Of a DNA stretch of 64,000 nt, positions 20,069-29,599 are shown piece after piece (the first letter of the stretch is position 1; every line of letters begins with the position of its first letter). The notes below the pieces were generated by a model, which was given only the letters and a program-made list of their open reading frames with translations, searched no databases and had not been told where the DNA came from. Source of the stretch: Candidatus Dormiibacterota bacterium. GTDB taxonomy: Bacteria > Chloroflexota > Dormibacteria > Aeolococcales > Aeolococcaceae. The translations under genes were made by a program, and so were the position numbers. The DNA lies in assembly GCA_963718525.1 (NCBI GenBank), contig OY970355.1:1-64000 (forward strand), given 5' to 3'.

Positions 20069-21196
20069 TCAGGGTGAGGCCGTCGGGGTCGCCGGCGGCG
20101 GCGTGACCAGCGTGATCCCGGACGTCGGGCCGGCGCTCGACGATGGTGTCGGCGTGGGGGTTGGACGCGGCGTCGGTGGGGCGGTCGGCGGAGCCACTGC
20201 TGACGCCGCGGGCGCAGGCATGACGGCGGGAGCAACCGGGAGCATCGCGGCGGTCACCTCGGCGGGCAGTCCCGGGTGTCCGCCGCTCACCGGATTTGAC
20301 GGGGCCTCGACGTCGATGTAGCCGAACGCCGGCTTGACGAAGCTGAGCCGGCCTTTCAGGGCGGCCAGCGTCTCGATCTGCGCGGGAACCGCATGCAGCG
20401 CATCCTCGGTGTCGAGGTGGCCAAGGACGGCACGCCAGCCGGTGCTCGCCCAGAGGCTGACGACGTCATCGGCGCCCCAGAGGTACGCTGCTACCGAGCA
20501 GCCGAATACCGCCGGGAAGCGCCGCGAGATCGACGCCAGCAACTCGACCAGCACGGGGTTGATCGGCTGGGGCGAGCCGGCCCGGTCATCGATGAGCACG
20601 GGAATGCCGCTTCGCGCGGCCGGGGTCGCGTCGATGCCGGGAAGCGTGGCTCCGTCCGAGGCAACCAGCGTGTCGGTGCCGTCACGGCGGATGCGCAGCA
20701 TCGGCGACCGTTCGACGACGGAGATCTGGACGGTCGCGGGCAGTTCGGTGGTCACGACGGCGCTCGCGACCCAGGGAAGTGACTGCACGCGGCTCTGGAT
20801 GGCTGCGCCGTTGATCGTGAAGATGCTCTGCTCCGGCACCTCCGCCGCCGCGACCACGGCGCCGGTCGTGATCAGGTGCGTGCCGACCACCGTCACCTGG
20901 CGGACCTGGAATCCCGGCAGGGTCAGCGCCAACGCCAGCAGCCCCACCTGCACCGTCAGCGCCGCGACGGCGATCAGCCTCCTGCGCCACGACGTGGATG
21001 TGCGGCGCTTGGCGGGAGGCGGCGCCGCCGCGGTGGCAGGGCGGGCGTGGCGCCGCTTGCGGGGTGACGCCTGGAGCTTGGTTCCTGGGCTGAGCGCGAG
21101 CCGGCGCACGGCACGGGATGAGTCCGCGATGAGTGCCGCCTGGGCGCGAACCAGGGCGACATGGCGCGCGCGCTCGTCGAGCATCTCGGTGCTCAC
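20069..21196 (-). CDS. ftsQ: FtsQ/DivIB-type POTRA-domain protein with Pro/Thr-rich tail
   Basis: basic cytoplasmic N-terminus, one TM, POTRA-like V.VVGTHLIT...SLPWVASAVV..ELPATVQISVVER; dcw context. Confidence 0.75.
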   Translation of the reverse strand: MSTEMLDERARHVALVRAQAALIADSSRAVRRLALSPGTKLQASPRKRRHARPATAAAPPPAKRRTSTSWRRRLIAVAALTVQVGLLALALTLPGFQVRQVTVVGTHLITTGAVVAAAEVPEQSIFTINGAAIQSRVQSLPWVASAVVTTELPATVQISVVERSPMLRIRRDGTDTLVASDGATLPGIDATPAARSGIPVLIDDRAGSPQPINPVLVELLASISRRFPAVFGCSVAAYLWGADDVVSLWASTGWRAVLGHLDTEDALHAVPAQIETLAALKGRLSFVKPAFGYIDVEAPSNPVSGGHPGLPAEVTAAMLPVAPAVMPAPAASAVAPPTAPPTPRPTPTPTPSSSAGPTSGITLVTPPPATPTASP

Positions 21197-21313
21197 AGGG
21201 CGTGCTCGGTGCGGTGATGACGTTGCATGGACGCAGGCTGAGACGTGTGCTGAAACGTTGGGGCCGCACGGGGCCGGGCCGATTATCTCCCAGCCAGCGG
21301 CGGTGTGACCGCC

Positions 21314-22978
21314 CTAAGCATCACCGGCGCGCGCTACGGGAAGGTACGTATCCGGCAGATCGTTGGCGAACAGGACCACATCCCCCGGTTGGGCAAGGCT
21401 TTGGAGCAGCTTGGTGGCATCGTCGAGCGTGCCGGCCACATGGATGCGATCCTCGCCCATGCCCCCGGCACGCAGACCGGCGCACAACGCCTCACTCGTT
21501 TTCGCCGACATGACGATGACGTGGTCGCACACCTTCGCAGCGTGCTCGCCATAGCGGCGGTTCTCGTCCGTCTCGACGCTGCCGAGCTCGACGAGCCCCG
21601 GAGTGATCAGGAACTTGTGCGGCGCGCTCATCGAAGCGAGGACTTCCAGACCGTTGTGCACGCCCACCGGGTTGGCGTTGTACGAGTCGTCGATCACGAT
21701 GAGCGGACCCGCAGTCTTCATCAGCTCGAGGCGATGCTCGACCTGCTCCAGCGAGGCCGCCGCGGCGATGGCACCCTCGATTGAGTATCCCAGCGTGACC
21801 ACCGCGGCGAGCGCTGCGCTGACGTTGGCCACCTGGTGACGGCCGAGCAGCGGGATGGCCACCTCACGATCGAGACCGTGCGTATCCCAGCGCCAGCGAA
21901 AGGTCGCGCCACGTGCGTCGACGCGGATCGATGACGCGACGACATCGGCGTCGGCGGTTGCTCCGTCGTTCTCGAGTGCAAAGCGAATCAGCCGGCGCTG
22001 GTCAGCGCGTGCACGCTGCGCGAGCAGCGCACCGGGCTCATCCCCGGTGTGGAGGATCAGCGCCCCGTCTGCCGGGAGCGCAAGTGCGACTTCGTACATC
22101 GCGCCGGCGATGCGGTCGATGGTGCTGAAGCGCTCCAGGTGTTGCGGCCCGATCGCGGTGATGATGGCGATGCCCGGATGCACGAGATCGCTCATCGCGG
22201 CGATCTCCCCCGGCGCGTACGCATCCATCTCGACGATGAACACCCGGTTCTCGGGGGTGAGATCCTCGTTGATCACCCGGGTGACACCCATCAGTGTGTT
22301 GAAGCTCTTGCGGGTCGGCAACGTGTTCACGCTGGGCTGCAGCAACTGAGCAAGGATGTGCTTGGTGCTGGTCTTGCCGTAGCTGCCGACCACCGCGACC
22401 ACGACGGGGTCGACCATCTCGATGCGCGCCGCCGCGAGCGCGAGATAGTGACGGCGGATCCGCGCCTCGGCGGGCCTGGTGACAACATTGGCCGCAACCA
22501 GGAGGATCTCGCTGAGGCCCGTGACCAGGCCCGCGGCGATCAGCACGAGGATCGCGGAGACGATCGGATGCAGCTCGACGATGCCGAGTGCGAGGCCCGC
22601 CGCGAGCACCACGGCGAGGAATCCACCTGCGATGAGCAGGCGGCGCATCCGGGCGGTCATCACCAGCGGCCGCTTTGGAGAGGTCCAGCGCCAGGTGAAT
22701 TGCGCCGCGGCGGCCGACACCAGCCAGGCGATGGCGATCCCAACGGGCCGGGCTGCAGGCAGGATGGCGGCGACGCTGAGCGCCACCGCTCCCAGCAGCA
22801 GCCCGAGCCACACTGCGCGATGCGCGAGCCACTCGCGGGTCAGGCCCCAGCGCAGGAAGCGAACCGATTCGTACTCCTCGATCTGGAACATCCGCGCCGC
22901 GACGAGGACGATACGGAAGATGAGCACCACCCAGACGACCGCTGCGAGCGCGACGAGCGGGCCGACAAGCGGGCTCAC
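21314..22978 (-). CDS. murF: UDP-MurNAc-tripeptide--D-Ala-D-Ala ligase with N-terminal membrane domain
   Basis: GSYGKTSTK, SFNTLMG, HLERF, IDDSYNANP, PGLVELG; about 165 aa hydrophobic N-terminus. Confidence 0.88.
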   Translation of the reverse strand: MSPLVGPLVALAAVVWVVLIFRIVLVAARMFQIEEYESVRFLRWGLTREWLAHRAVWLGLLLGAVALSVAAILPAARPVGIAIAWLVSAAAAQFTWRWTSPKRPLVMTARMRRLLIAGGFLAVVLAAGLALGIVELHPIVSAILVLIAAGLVTGLSEILLVAANVVTRPAEARIRRHYLALAAARIEMVDPVVVAVVGSYGKTSTKHILAQLLQPSVNTLPTRKSFNTLMGVTRVINEDLTPENRVFIVEMDAYAPGEIAAMSDLVHPGIAIITAIGPQHLERFSTIDRIAGAMYEVALALPADGALILHTGDEPGALLAQRARADQRRLIRFALENDGATADADVVASSIRVDARGATFRWRWDTHGLDREVAIPLLGRHQVANVSAALAAVVTLGYSIEGAIAAAASLEQVEHRLELMKTAGPLIVIDDSYNANPVGVHNGLEVLASMSAPHKFLITPGLVELGSVETDENRRYGEHAAKVCDHVIVMSAKTSEALCAGLRAGGMGEDRIHVAGTLDDATKLLQSLAQPGDVVLFANDLPDTYLPVARAGDA

Positions 22979-23817
22979 GCCGTGCCCTGCTCCTGGTTGT
23001 CACGCAGGAAGACGTCGACGATCCGGCAGAACCGAGCGGGTTGCTCGAGGTAGGCAAAGTGGCCGGCGCCCTCGAAGACGACGAGCCCGGCGTCGGGGAT
23101 GAGGCGCTCCATGAGCTTCCCATTCTCGAGCGGAGCCTCGGCATCGTGCTCCCCCCAGATGAGCAGGACCGGGAGACGGATCTTGGGGAGCAGCGCGCGC
23201 AGGTCCTCGTTGACGATCCGGACGAGCGTGCCCCGCATGACTCCGGACACCGCGCGATAGTCCGCGGAGCCGCGGCTGTCCGCATTGCGTCCTGCGGCGC
23301 GGCGGAGCGCTCCGGGCATCAGCGTCGAGCGCTCCAGTGTGCGGAGCAGCTTGTAGGTGCGCACGCGCGCGACGCCGAGAAGCGTCCTGCGCGGACGGAC
23401 CCCGGCGCTTCCCGCGAGCACCATCCGTCGCACCCGCTCGGGGTGGGTCGCGGCCATGACGATCCCGATCCGCCCGCCATTGGAGTGCCCGATCAGGTCG
23501 CAGCGTTCCACGCCGAGACGATCGAGCAGGGCGATGCACCATGCGGCGTAGTCATGCACCGACCACGCGGTGTGAGGCTCAGGGGTGGCACCGAAGCCAG
23601 GCAGATCCGGAACGATCAGACGCCGTCCCGGCTGCAGCGCATCGAGAATCGGGACGAAGAGCTCGGACGAGACACCCCAGCCGTGGAGGAGCAGCAGCGG
23701 AGACCCGCTCCCACGATCCTGCATCGCGGCGCGTGGGATCTCGCCTGCAGGCCCGGCCTCGATCGCCCGGTCCCCACCCAGGTCGCCGTTCAGCCCGGCC
23801 GACCCGTGAGCAGCCAC
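22975..23817 (-). CDS. alpha/beta fold hydrolase (start uncertain, 23724-23817)
   Basis: LLHGWG, DLPGFG, GHSNGG nucleophile elbow, WGEHD, GAGHF. Confidence 0.9.
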   Translation of the reverse strand: MAAHGSAGLNGDLGGDRAIEAGPAGEIPRAAMQDRGSGSPLLLLHGWGVSSELFVPILDALQPGRRLIVPDLPGFGATPEPHTAWSVHDYAAWCIALLDRLGVERCDLIGHSNGGRIGIVMAATHPERVRRMVLAGSAGVRPRRTLLGVARVRTYKLLRTLERSTLMPGALRRAAGRNADSRGSADYRAVSGVMRGTLVRIVNEDLRALLPKIRLPVLLIWGEHDAEAPLENGKLMERLIPDAGLVVFEGAGHFAYLEQPARFCRIVDVFLRDNQEQGTA

Positions 23818-24983
23818 GTGTCGATCGACGCGATGGTTGCCTGCCGCTCTCGATGCCGTGCCATCGCCATGTCGATGAGCCGGGTCAGGAGCACGTCGAA
23901 CGGCATCCCTGACGCCTCCCACAGATAGAAGGACAGCGACCCCGGGAGCGTGTTCAGCTCGTTGACGACGAACGAGTCACGTTCGGGTGAGACGAGGAAG
24001 TCGATCCGGGTCACGCCCGCGGCGCCGATCGCGCGAAACGACGCCATCGCCGTGTCCTGGATGCGCTTCGTCAACGAGTCGGAGATGGGCGCTGGGATGA
24101 TGCGCTGCGAGCTCTTCATCCCACCGGCAGGCCCCTTGGCGCCACCCTTCGCCTTTGCGCCGCTGAGATATTTGTCCGCGTAGCTGAGCGTGCCCGTGCT
24201 CACCGGCTGCTCACACACCGACGCATCGACATCGTCTCCGGATCCGAGCACCGAGCAATTCACCTCGATGCTGCCGTCCTGTGCCTGCTCGGCGAGTATC
24301 GAGGTGTCGTACCCGAAGGCGACCTCGAGGGCGTCGCGCAGCTGCTCGTCACGCTCCACTCGTGCAACGCCGATGCTCGACCCGAGCCGGCGCGGCTTGA
24401 CGTACATCGGGAATCCGGGGCGCTGCGCGAGGTCGGCGCACACCCCATCGGGATCGCCGAGCCAGCGTGTGCGCGCCACCATCACGTCGTCGAGGACCGG
24501 GATGCCCGCACCGCGAAGCGTGGTGCGAGACAGGCGCTTGTCCATGCTCACCGCCGCAGACGCGACGTCGCATCCGCAGTACGGCAGCGCCGCCAGCTCG
24601 AAGAGGCCCTGCAGCGTGCCGTCCTCACCGTTGGATCCGTGCACCAACGGCATGGCGACGTCGAAGCGCGCCACTGCACGCGCGCCCCCGCCGAGCAGGC
24701 CCCGGCGGGCGTCCACCTCCACGAGCTCGCCCGCGCTGCTCGGATCCGGTCGCATGGTGACACGCGTGGAGGCTGCGATCAGCCGATCGATGTCCTTGTA
24801 GCGTTCGAGCTGGAGCAGGTGCTCGCCCGTGTACCAGGCCCCCGACTTGGCGATGTACACGGGTACCGGAACGAACCGATCGGCGGGCAGCGCCGCCATG
24901 GCCTGCTGCGCGGTGATGACCGACACCTCGTGCTCGACCGACCGGCTGCCGAAGAAGACACCGACCCTCAGCCGCTCACTCAT
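23790..24983 (-). CDS. ddl: D-alanine--D-alanine ligase
   Basis: SVEHEVS, HGSNGEDGTLQG, MDK, KP..LGSSIG, YADKY, RIDF, NELNTLPG. Confidence 0.93.
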   Translation of the reverse strand: MSERLRVGVFFGSRSVEHEVSVITAQQAMAALPADRFVPVPVYIAKSGAWYTGEHLLQLERYKDIDRLIAASTRVTMRPDPSSAGELVEVDARRGLLGGGARAVARFDVAMPLVHGSNGEDGTLQGLFELAALPYCGCDVASAAVSMDKRLSRTTLRGAGIPVLDDVMVARTRWLGDPDGVCADLAQRPGFPMYVKPRRLGSSIGVARVERDEQLRDALEVAFGYDTSILAEQAQDGSIEVNCSVLGSGDDVDASVCEQPVSTGTLSYADKYLSGAKAKGGAKGPAGGMKSSQRIIPAPISDSLTKRIQDTAMASFRAIGAAGVTRIDFLVSPERDSFVVNELNTLPGSLSFYLWEASGMPFDVLLTRLIDMAMARHRERQATIASIDTWLLTGRPG

Positions 24984-25896
24984 GGGGGTCACCGGGTCCG
25001 TGGTCGCCGAGGACGATGATCTCCCGCTCAAGATCGACACCGAACTGCCGATGCACCGTGTCGTGCGCGATCGCAACGAGGTCGAGGACATCGGCAGCTG
25101 TCGCGTGATCCACGTTGACGATGAAGTTCGCGTGTTTCGGGGAGATCTGCGCACCGCCGGAGCGGCGCCCCTTGAGACCGGCGGCTTCGATGAGCCGCCC
25201 AGCCCTGTCACCGGGCGGGTTCTTGAAGACGCTTCCGAGGCTGCGGATCCCGTATGGCTGCGACGCCTTGCGCTCCGCCTGTATGGCATCGGTACGTTCG
25301 CGAACCCGGTCCGGGTCGTCAGCGTGCACGCGCAGACGGGCGCTGACGATCGCATTGCTCGCGAGACCATCCTTGAAGCGGGAATGGCGGTAGCCGAAAT
25401 CACACTCCGCAGCCGAGAGCGTGACGGCCTCCCCCATCGGATCCAGCGAGGTGCAGTCGACCAGCACGTCCGCCATCTCCGTCCCGAACGCGCCGGCGTT
25501 GCCGAACACGCTTGCGCCGCACGTGCCCGGCACGCCGATGCCGAACTCGAGGCCGGCCAGGCCGCGCGACGCGCAGTCCAACGCCACGCGCGGCATCATG
25601 CAGCCCGCACCGAGCTCGACGGTGTGTTCGTCGGCGACGCGGAACCTCCGATCGTTGTGGCGTACCACCAGGCCGTCGACGCCGGCATCGCCGATGAGCG
25701 CGTTGCTCCCAGCCCCGATCATCGTCACCGGGATTCCGGACACGCCGCAGCGGCGCACGAGGTCGGCGAGGACGTTGACGTCGCGGGTGGCGATGTACCA
25801 GCGGGCCGGGCCGCCCACGCCGAACTGGCTGTGACGGCCGAGCGGCTCGTTGCTGAGTACGCCCGGAAACGTGTCGAGCCAGTCACCGGCGGACAC
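24976..25896 (-). CDS. murB: UDP-N-acetylenolpyruvoylglucosamine reductase
   Basis: GVGGPA, GAGSN, GLEF.IGVPGTCG...NAGA, YRHS, SLGSVFKNP, HANFIVN. Confidence 0.95.
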   Translation of the reverse strand: MSAGDWLDTFPGVLSNEPLGRHSQFGVGGPARWYIATRDVNVLADLVRRCGVSGIPVTMIGAGSNALIGDAGVDGLVVRHNDRRFRVADEHTVELGAGCMMPRVALDCASRGLAGLEFGIGVPGTCGASVFGNAGAFGTEMADVLVDCTSLDPMGEAVTLSAAECDFGYRHSRFKDGLASNAIVSARLRVHADDPDRVRERTDAIQAERKASQPYGIRSLGSVFKNPPGDRAGRLIEAAGLKGRRSGGAQISPKHANFIVNVDHATAADVLDLVAIAHDTVHRQFGVDLEREIIVLGDHGPGDPHE

Positions 25897-27286
25897 CCTG
25901 CGCCTCCAGGGCATCGCGGAGCCGCGGCGCCAGCCTGTCGAACCCCCCGAGGGAGAGCACGAGCAGAACGTCGCCGGGTCGCGTGATCCGCATGACCAGG
26001 TCGATTGCGTCGTCGCTCGATGTGACCACGTGTACGGCGCCAGCCTGCCCGGCGCGCTCGGCGACATCCTGGCTGGACACCGTCTTGGGCATGCCGCGCT
26101 CACGGGCCTCCTCGATCGGCCCGATCACCACGACGTCCGCGCCGGTGAAGCTGCGCCGGTAATCCTCGAGCAGGCGGCTCACGCGCGAGTACGTGTGCGG
26201 GGTGTGGATGGCGATGAGGCGCCGCCTCGGATAGCGCTGCCGCGCAGCGGCGATCGCGGCCGACACCTCGGTCGGGTGATGCGCGTAGTCGTCGACGACT
26301 ACCACATCCGCGGTCTCGCCGAGGATCTGAAACCGGCGCGCCGGACCGCGGAAATCCGCGCACGCAGCAACCGCGATCGCCGGATCGACGCCAGCGTACG
26401 CCGCGAGGATCAGGGCCGCACACGCGTTCTGCGCATTGTGGATGCCGGGAAAGGTCAGCACGACGTCGAGCGGCGCGTCCCGACGCCGCTCGACGAGGAA
26501 GCGCTGCATGCCGTCCTGATCGCGCGCTTCCCGGATCCGCCAGTCGCTCCCAACGTTCGTGCCATATGTGACGACAACACTCGGGGTGGCGTCACGGAGT
26601 GCGAGACACTCGGGATCGTCCGCGCACAGAGCGAGCACGCCGTCCGCAGGCATCGTGGAGGCCAGTTCGACGAACGGCTCGCGGTACGCGTCGAGGCTCG
26701 AGTAGACGTCGGGATGATCGAGTTCGAGGCGGGTGACGCATGCGCCGTGAGGCCTGGTGTGCAGGAACTTCGGGCGTGGGTCCCACGGCGCCGATGTGTA
26801 TTCGTCGCCTTCGAACACGAAGGGACCGGTCCCGAGTCTCGAGGTCCCGCCGAGATCGAGCGATGTCGAGCCGAGGCGGAATCCGGGGTCCAGGCCGGCG
26901 CGCTCAAGGATGTGGACGAGCAGCGCCGATGTCGTGGTCTTGCCGTGGGTGCCGCAGACGGTCAGGCGGAGACGATCGCCCGCAAGGCTCACGTAGAACT
27001 CGATCTCGCTGACGCAGCGGAGGCCGCGCGCGCGCACCGCCTCGAGTTCCCGGTTTGCCGGGCGGGTCTGATTGCCCACCACCACGAGGTCGGGCACCCC
27101 CCAGCGGTCGAGGTTGGCCGGATCGCTGTGATTCTCCCACTCGATGCCCGCGGCCGTCACGGCATCGCTCATCGGCGGGTATGCGTGGTCGTCCGAGCCG
27201 GTGACCCGGTCGCCACGCTCCTGAGCGAGGCTGGCCGCCCCGAAGGTCGCGTAGCCGCAGATACCGAGCACGTGCACATGCATCAT
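25883..27286 (-). CDS. murC: Mur ligase at the murC position (Mpl-like N-terminus, MurC-like C-terminal motif)
   Basis: HVLGICG, GSD..YPPMS, GTHGKTTTS, EGDEY, DDYAHHPTE, PHTYSR; lies between murG and murB. Confidence 0.75.
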   Translation of the reverse strand: MMHVHVLGICGYATFGAASLAQERGDRVTGSDDHAYPPMSDAVTAAGIEWENHSDPANLDRWGVPDLVVVGNQTRPANRELEAVRARGLRCVSEIEFYVSLAGDRLRLTVCGTHGKTTTSALLVHILERAGLDPGFRLGSTSLDLGGTSRLGTGPFVFEGDEYTSAPWDPRPKFLHTRPHGACVTRLELDHPDVYSSLDAYREPFVELASTMPADGVLALCADDPECLALRDATPSVVVTYGTNVGSDWRIREARDQDGMQRFLVERRRDAPLDVVLTFPGIHNAQNACAALILAAYAGVDPAIAVAACADFRGPARRFQILGETADVVVVDDYAHHPTEVSAAIAAARQRYPRRRLIAIHTPHTYSRVSRLLEDYRRSFTGADVVVIGPIEEARERGMPKTVSSQDVAERAGQAGAVHVVTSSDDAIDLVMRITRPGDVLLVLSLGGFDRLAPRLRDALEAQGVRR

Positions 27287-27288
27287 CG

Positions 27289-28392
27289 TCAGGCGGCCTC
27301 GCTCCGGGACGGTCCCGCCGCCTCGACGATGAGCCGCACCACCGAGTCGGTGGCATCGGGAAGGCCAAGCGCGCGGCTCGCGGCGGCCATCGCCTGCCAG
27401 CGCGCCGGATCGTCAACCAGCGCGCGGATTTCGGCGCCGATCCGCGCGGGCGTGCAATCGGCGTCGTCGATGCGCATGGCCGCGCCGGCGGCGACGTACG
27501 GGGTGGTGTTGTGGAGCTGATGTCCGCCGGCATGCGGGTAGGGGACGACGATCATCGGGCGGCCGAGCGCCGAGCACTCGGCGATCGATGATCCGCCCGC
27601 GCGCATCAGCACGAGATCGCTCGCCGCGATCCGTTCCGCCATGTCGTCGAAGAAGGCGGCAGCCGTGTACCGCGCCGCCAGGCGTGGTGGCAGCGCCGCG
27701 GCGGCGCGACCCACCGCCTCGAAGTCCAGGCTGCCGCACTGATGCACTATGCGCAGCTCGGGGTCGCCGCTGAGCAGCTCGACCATGCAGCCGGTGATCG
27801 CGCGATTGAGCCGCCTCGCACCCTGCGACCCGCCGGTGACCAGGACCGATCGGAGCCGATCGCCCAGCGGGCGGGTCTGGATCGCCAGGACCTCGGCGCG
27901 GATCGGATTGCCCGTATGGACGACCCGGGCGTGGGGCAGGTGGGCAGCGGTCTCGGCGAAGGAGGCGGCCACCACGCGGGCTCGCCGGGCGAGCATCCGT
28001 GTCGCGCGACCCGGAACCGCATTCTGCTCGAGGAGCACCACCGGAATTCGCTGCGCCAGGGCCGCCACCACCACAGGTACCGACACGTAGCCGCCGGCAC
28101 CGACGACGACGTCGGGCCGCATCCGGCGAAGCAGCCGTCGTGCGGCGATGGTAGCCCGCGTCAACTGGCTGGTCGCGCGGGCGACTCCGCCAGGGCTCCC
28201 GACGTCGACGCCGCTGATGTCGAGGGTCTCGAGGTGGAGCCCGGCCGCGACCACGAGTCGCTCGGCAACACCGTCACGGCGGCCGACCACGGCCACCTCG
28301 TCGTCAGGCCGATCGTTTCGGAGCGCGAGCGCGACCGCCAGTGCCGGCGTCAAGTGACCCCCAGTTCCCCCCCCAGCGATCAACGTGCGCAC
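27289..28392 (-). CDS. murG: UDP-GlcNAc:lipid I N-acetylglucosaminyltransferase
   Basis: AGGGTGGH, GGYVS, EQNAVPG, GNPIR, GGSQGA, RAG, PYP..HQ..N. Confidence 0.95.
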   Translation of the reverse strand: MRTLIAGGGTGGHLTPALAVALALRNDRPDDEVAVVGRRDGVAERLVVAAGLHLETLDISGVDVGSPGGVARATSQLTRATIAARRLLRRMRPDVVVGAGGYVSVPVVVAALAQRIPVVLLEQNAVPGRATRMLARRARVVAASFAETAAHLPHARVVHTGNPIRAEVLAIQTRPLGDRLRSVLVTGGSQGARRLNRAITGCMVELLSGDPELRIVHQCGSLDFEAVGRAAAALPPRLAARYTAAAFFDDMAERIAASDLVLMRAGGSSIAECSALGRPMIVVPYPHAGGHQLHNTTPYVAAGAAMRIDDADCTPARIGAEIRALVDDPARWQAMAAASRALGLPDATDSVVRLIVEAAGPSRSEAA

Positions 28393-29599
28393 GTTTGGTT
28401 GTCCCTTGCCGTCGACCCTGGGCGGAGATGTTGAGCAGGATGCCCATGCCCACGAGGGTGGTCGCCAGCGAGGTGCCACCGTAGCTGATGAAGGGCAGCG
28501 GGATGCCCGTCGTGGGGATGACCCCGGTCACCGCCATCACGTTGATGAACGCCTGCATGCAGATCCACGAGGTGATGCCTCCCGCGAGCAGGGCGCCGAA
28601 TCGGTCCGGCGCCCGAAGCGAGGCGCGGACGCCGCGCCATGCAAGGAAGAGGAACGCCCCGAGCACCGCGACAGTTCCGATGAGCCCGAGTTCCTCGCCA
28701 ATGATCGCGAAGATGAAGTCGGTGTGCGCCTCAGGGAGCCACTCGTACTTCTGCACCGAGTTGCCCAACCCGACCCCGAAGATCCCACCGGAGCCGAAGG
28801 CGTAGAGCGCCTGGCAGTTCTGGAACCCGGAGCCGAGGGCGGCGGCGCAGGGGTTGAGGAAGTGCGCGAGGCGGTCCGCCCGGTAGGCGACGAGCCCCAC
28901 CAGGGCGATGCTCGACGCGCCGAAGCCGACGATGATCAGCAGCAGGTGGCGCTTCCGCGCCCCGGCCAGCGCGAGCAGGATCAGCGAGGTCGCCGCGATG
29001 ACGATCGAGCTCCCGAAGTCGCGCTCGGCGAGCACCAGCCCGAGCAGCGCCGCCAGCACGATGATGTAGTCGCGAACGCCGCGGAGGCTCCGCACCGACC
29101 CCTCGCGGTCGGTGAGCCAGCGCGAGAAGAACACGATCGCCACCCCGACGGCGATCGCCGACGGCTGGACCGAGAGGGGACCGACCTGGAACCAGCGCTG
29201 GGCGCCGAAGTGCCTGGCTCCCACGTGGGGGACCAGCACCAGGACGAGCAGCGCGAGCATCGCGAGCATGGCCGGCCGGGCGAGCCTCGAGAGCTTGTGG
29301 TAGTCGATCCTCGCGGCCACCACGAGACCGACCCCACCCAGCGCCGCCCCGATCAGCTGATGGGCGAAGAAGTAGTTCGGGTCGTTGTACCAGAGGAAGC
29401 CGAGCGCCTCCGAGGCGCTGTAGACCATCACCAGCCCGAAGCCGACCAGCCCGACGACGATGATCATCAGCCAGCCGTCGACCCCTGCGGCCGCTGCGGC
29501 GCGATCGGCGAACGCGAAGGCTCCGGCAACCCGTGCGCCACCGGGCCAGCGCCATTTCCCCGCCAAGCCGCCGGTCAGCTTCCCGGCCCGCGCCGCCAT
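28304..29599 (-). CDS. ftsW: SEDS peptidoglycan polymerase FtsW
   Basis: GLVMVYSAS, GAQRW, GVGLGNS.QK..LPEAHTDFIF, TGIPLPFISYGG. Confidence 0.94.
   Translation of the reverse strand: MAARAGKLTGGLAGKWRWPGGARVAGAFAFADRAAAAAGVDGWLMIIVVGLVGFGLVMVYSASEALGFLWYNDPNYFFAHQLIGAALGGVGLVVAARIDYHKLSRLARPAMLAMLALLVLVLVPHVGARHFGAQRWFQVGPLSVQPSAIAVGVAIVFFSRWLTDREGSVRSLRGVRDYIIVLAALLGLVLAERDFGSSIVIAATSLILLALAGARKRHLLLIIVGFGASSIALVGLVAYRADRLAHFLNPCAAALGSGFQNCQALYAFGSGGIFGVGLGNSVQKYEWLPEAHTDFIFAIIGEELGLIGTVAVLGAFLFLAWRGVRASLRAPDRFGALLAGGITSWICMQAFINVMAVTGVIPTTGIPLPFISYGGTSLATTLVGMGILLNISAQGRRQGTTKRAHVDRWGGNWGSLDAGTGGRARAPKRSA

Noticed and set aside
23790-24983. ddl as a VanA-like D-Ala-D-Lac ligase
   Set aside because: The omega-loop Tyr is retained and there are no vanH/vanX genes
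28304-28392. 89-bp ftsW/murG overlap as a possible frameshift
   Set aside because: Both proteins have complete motif sets, and FtsW tails running over the murG start occur naturally
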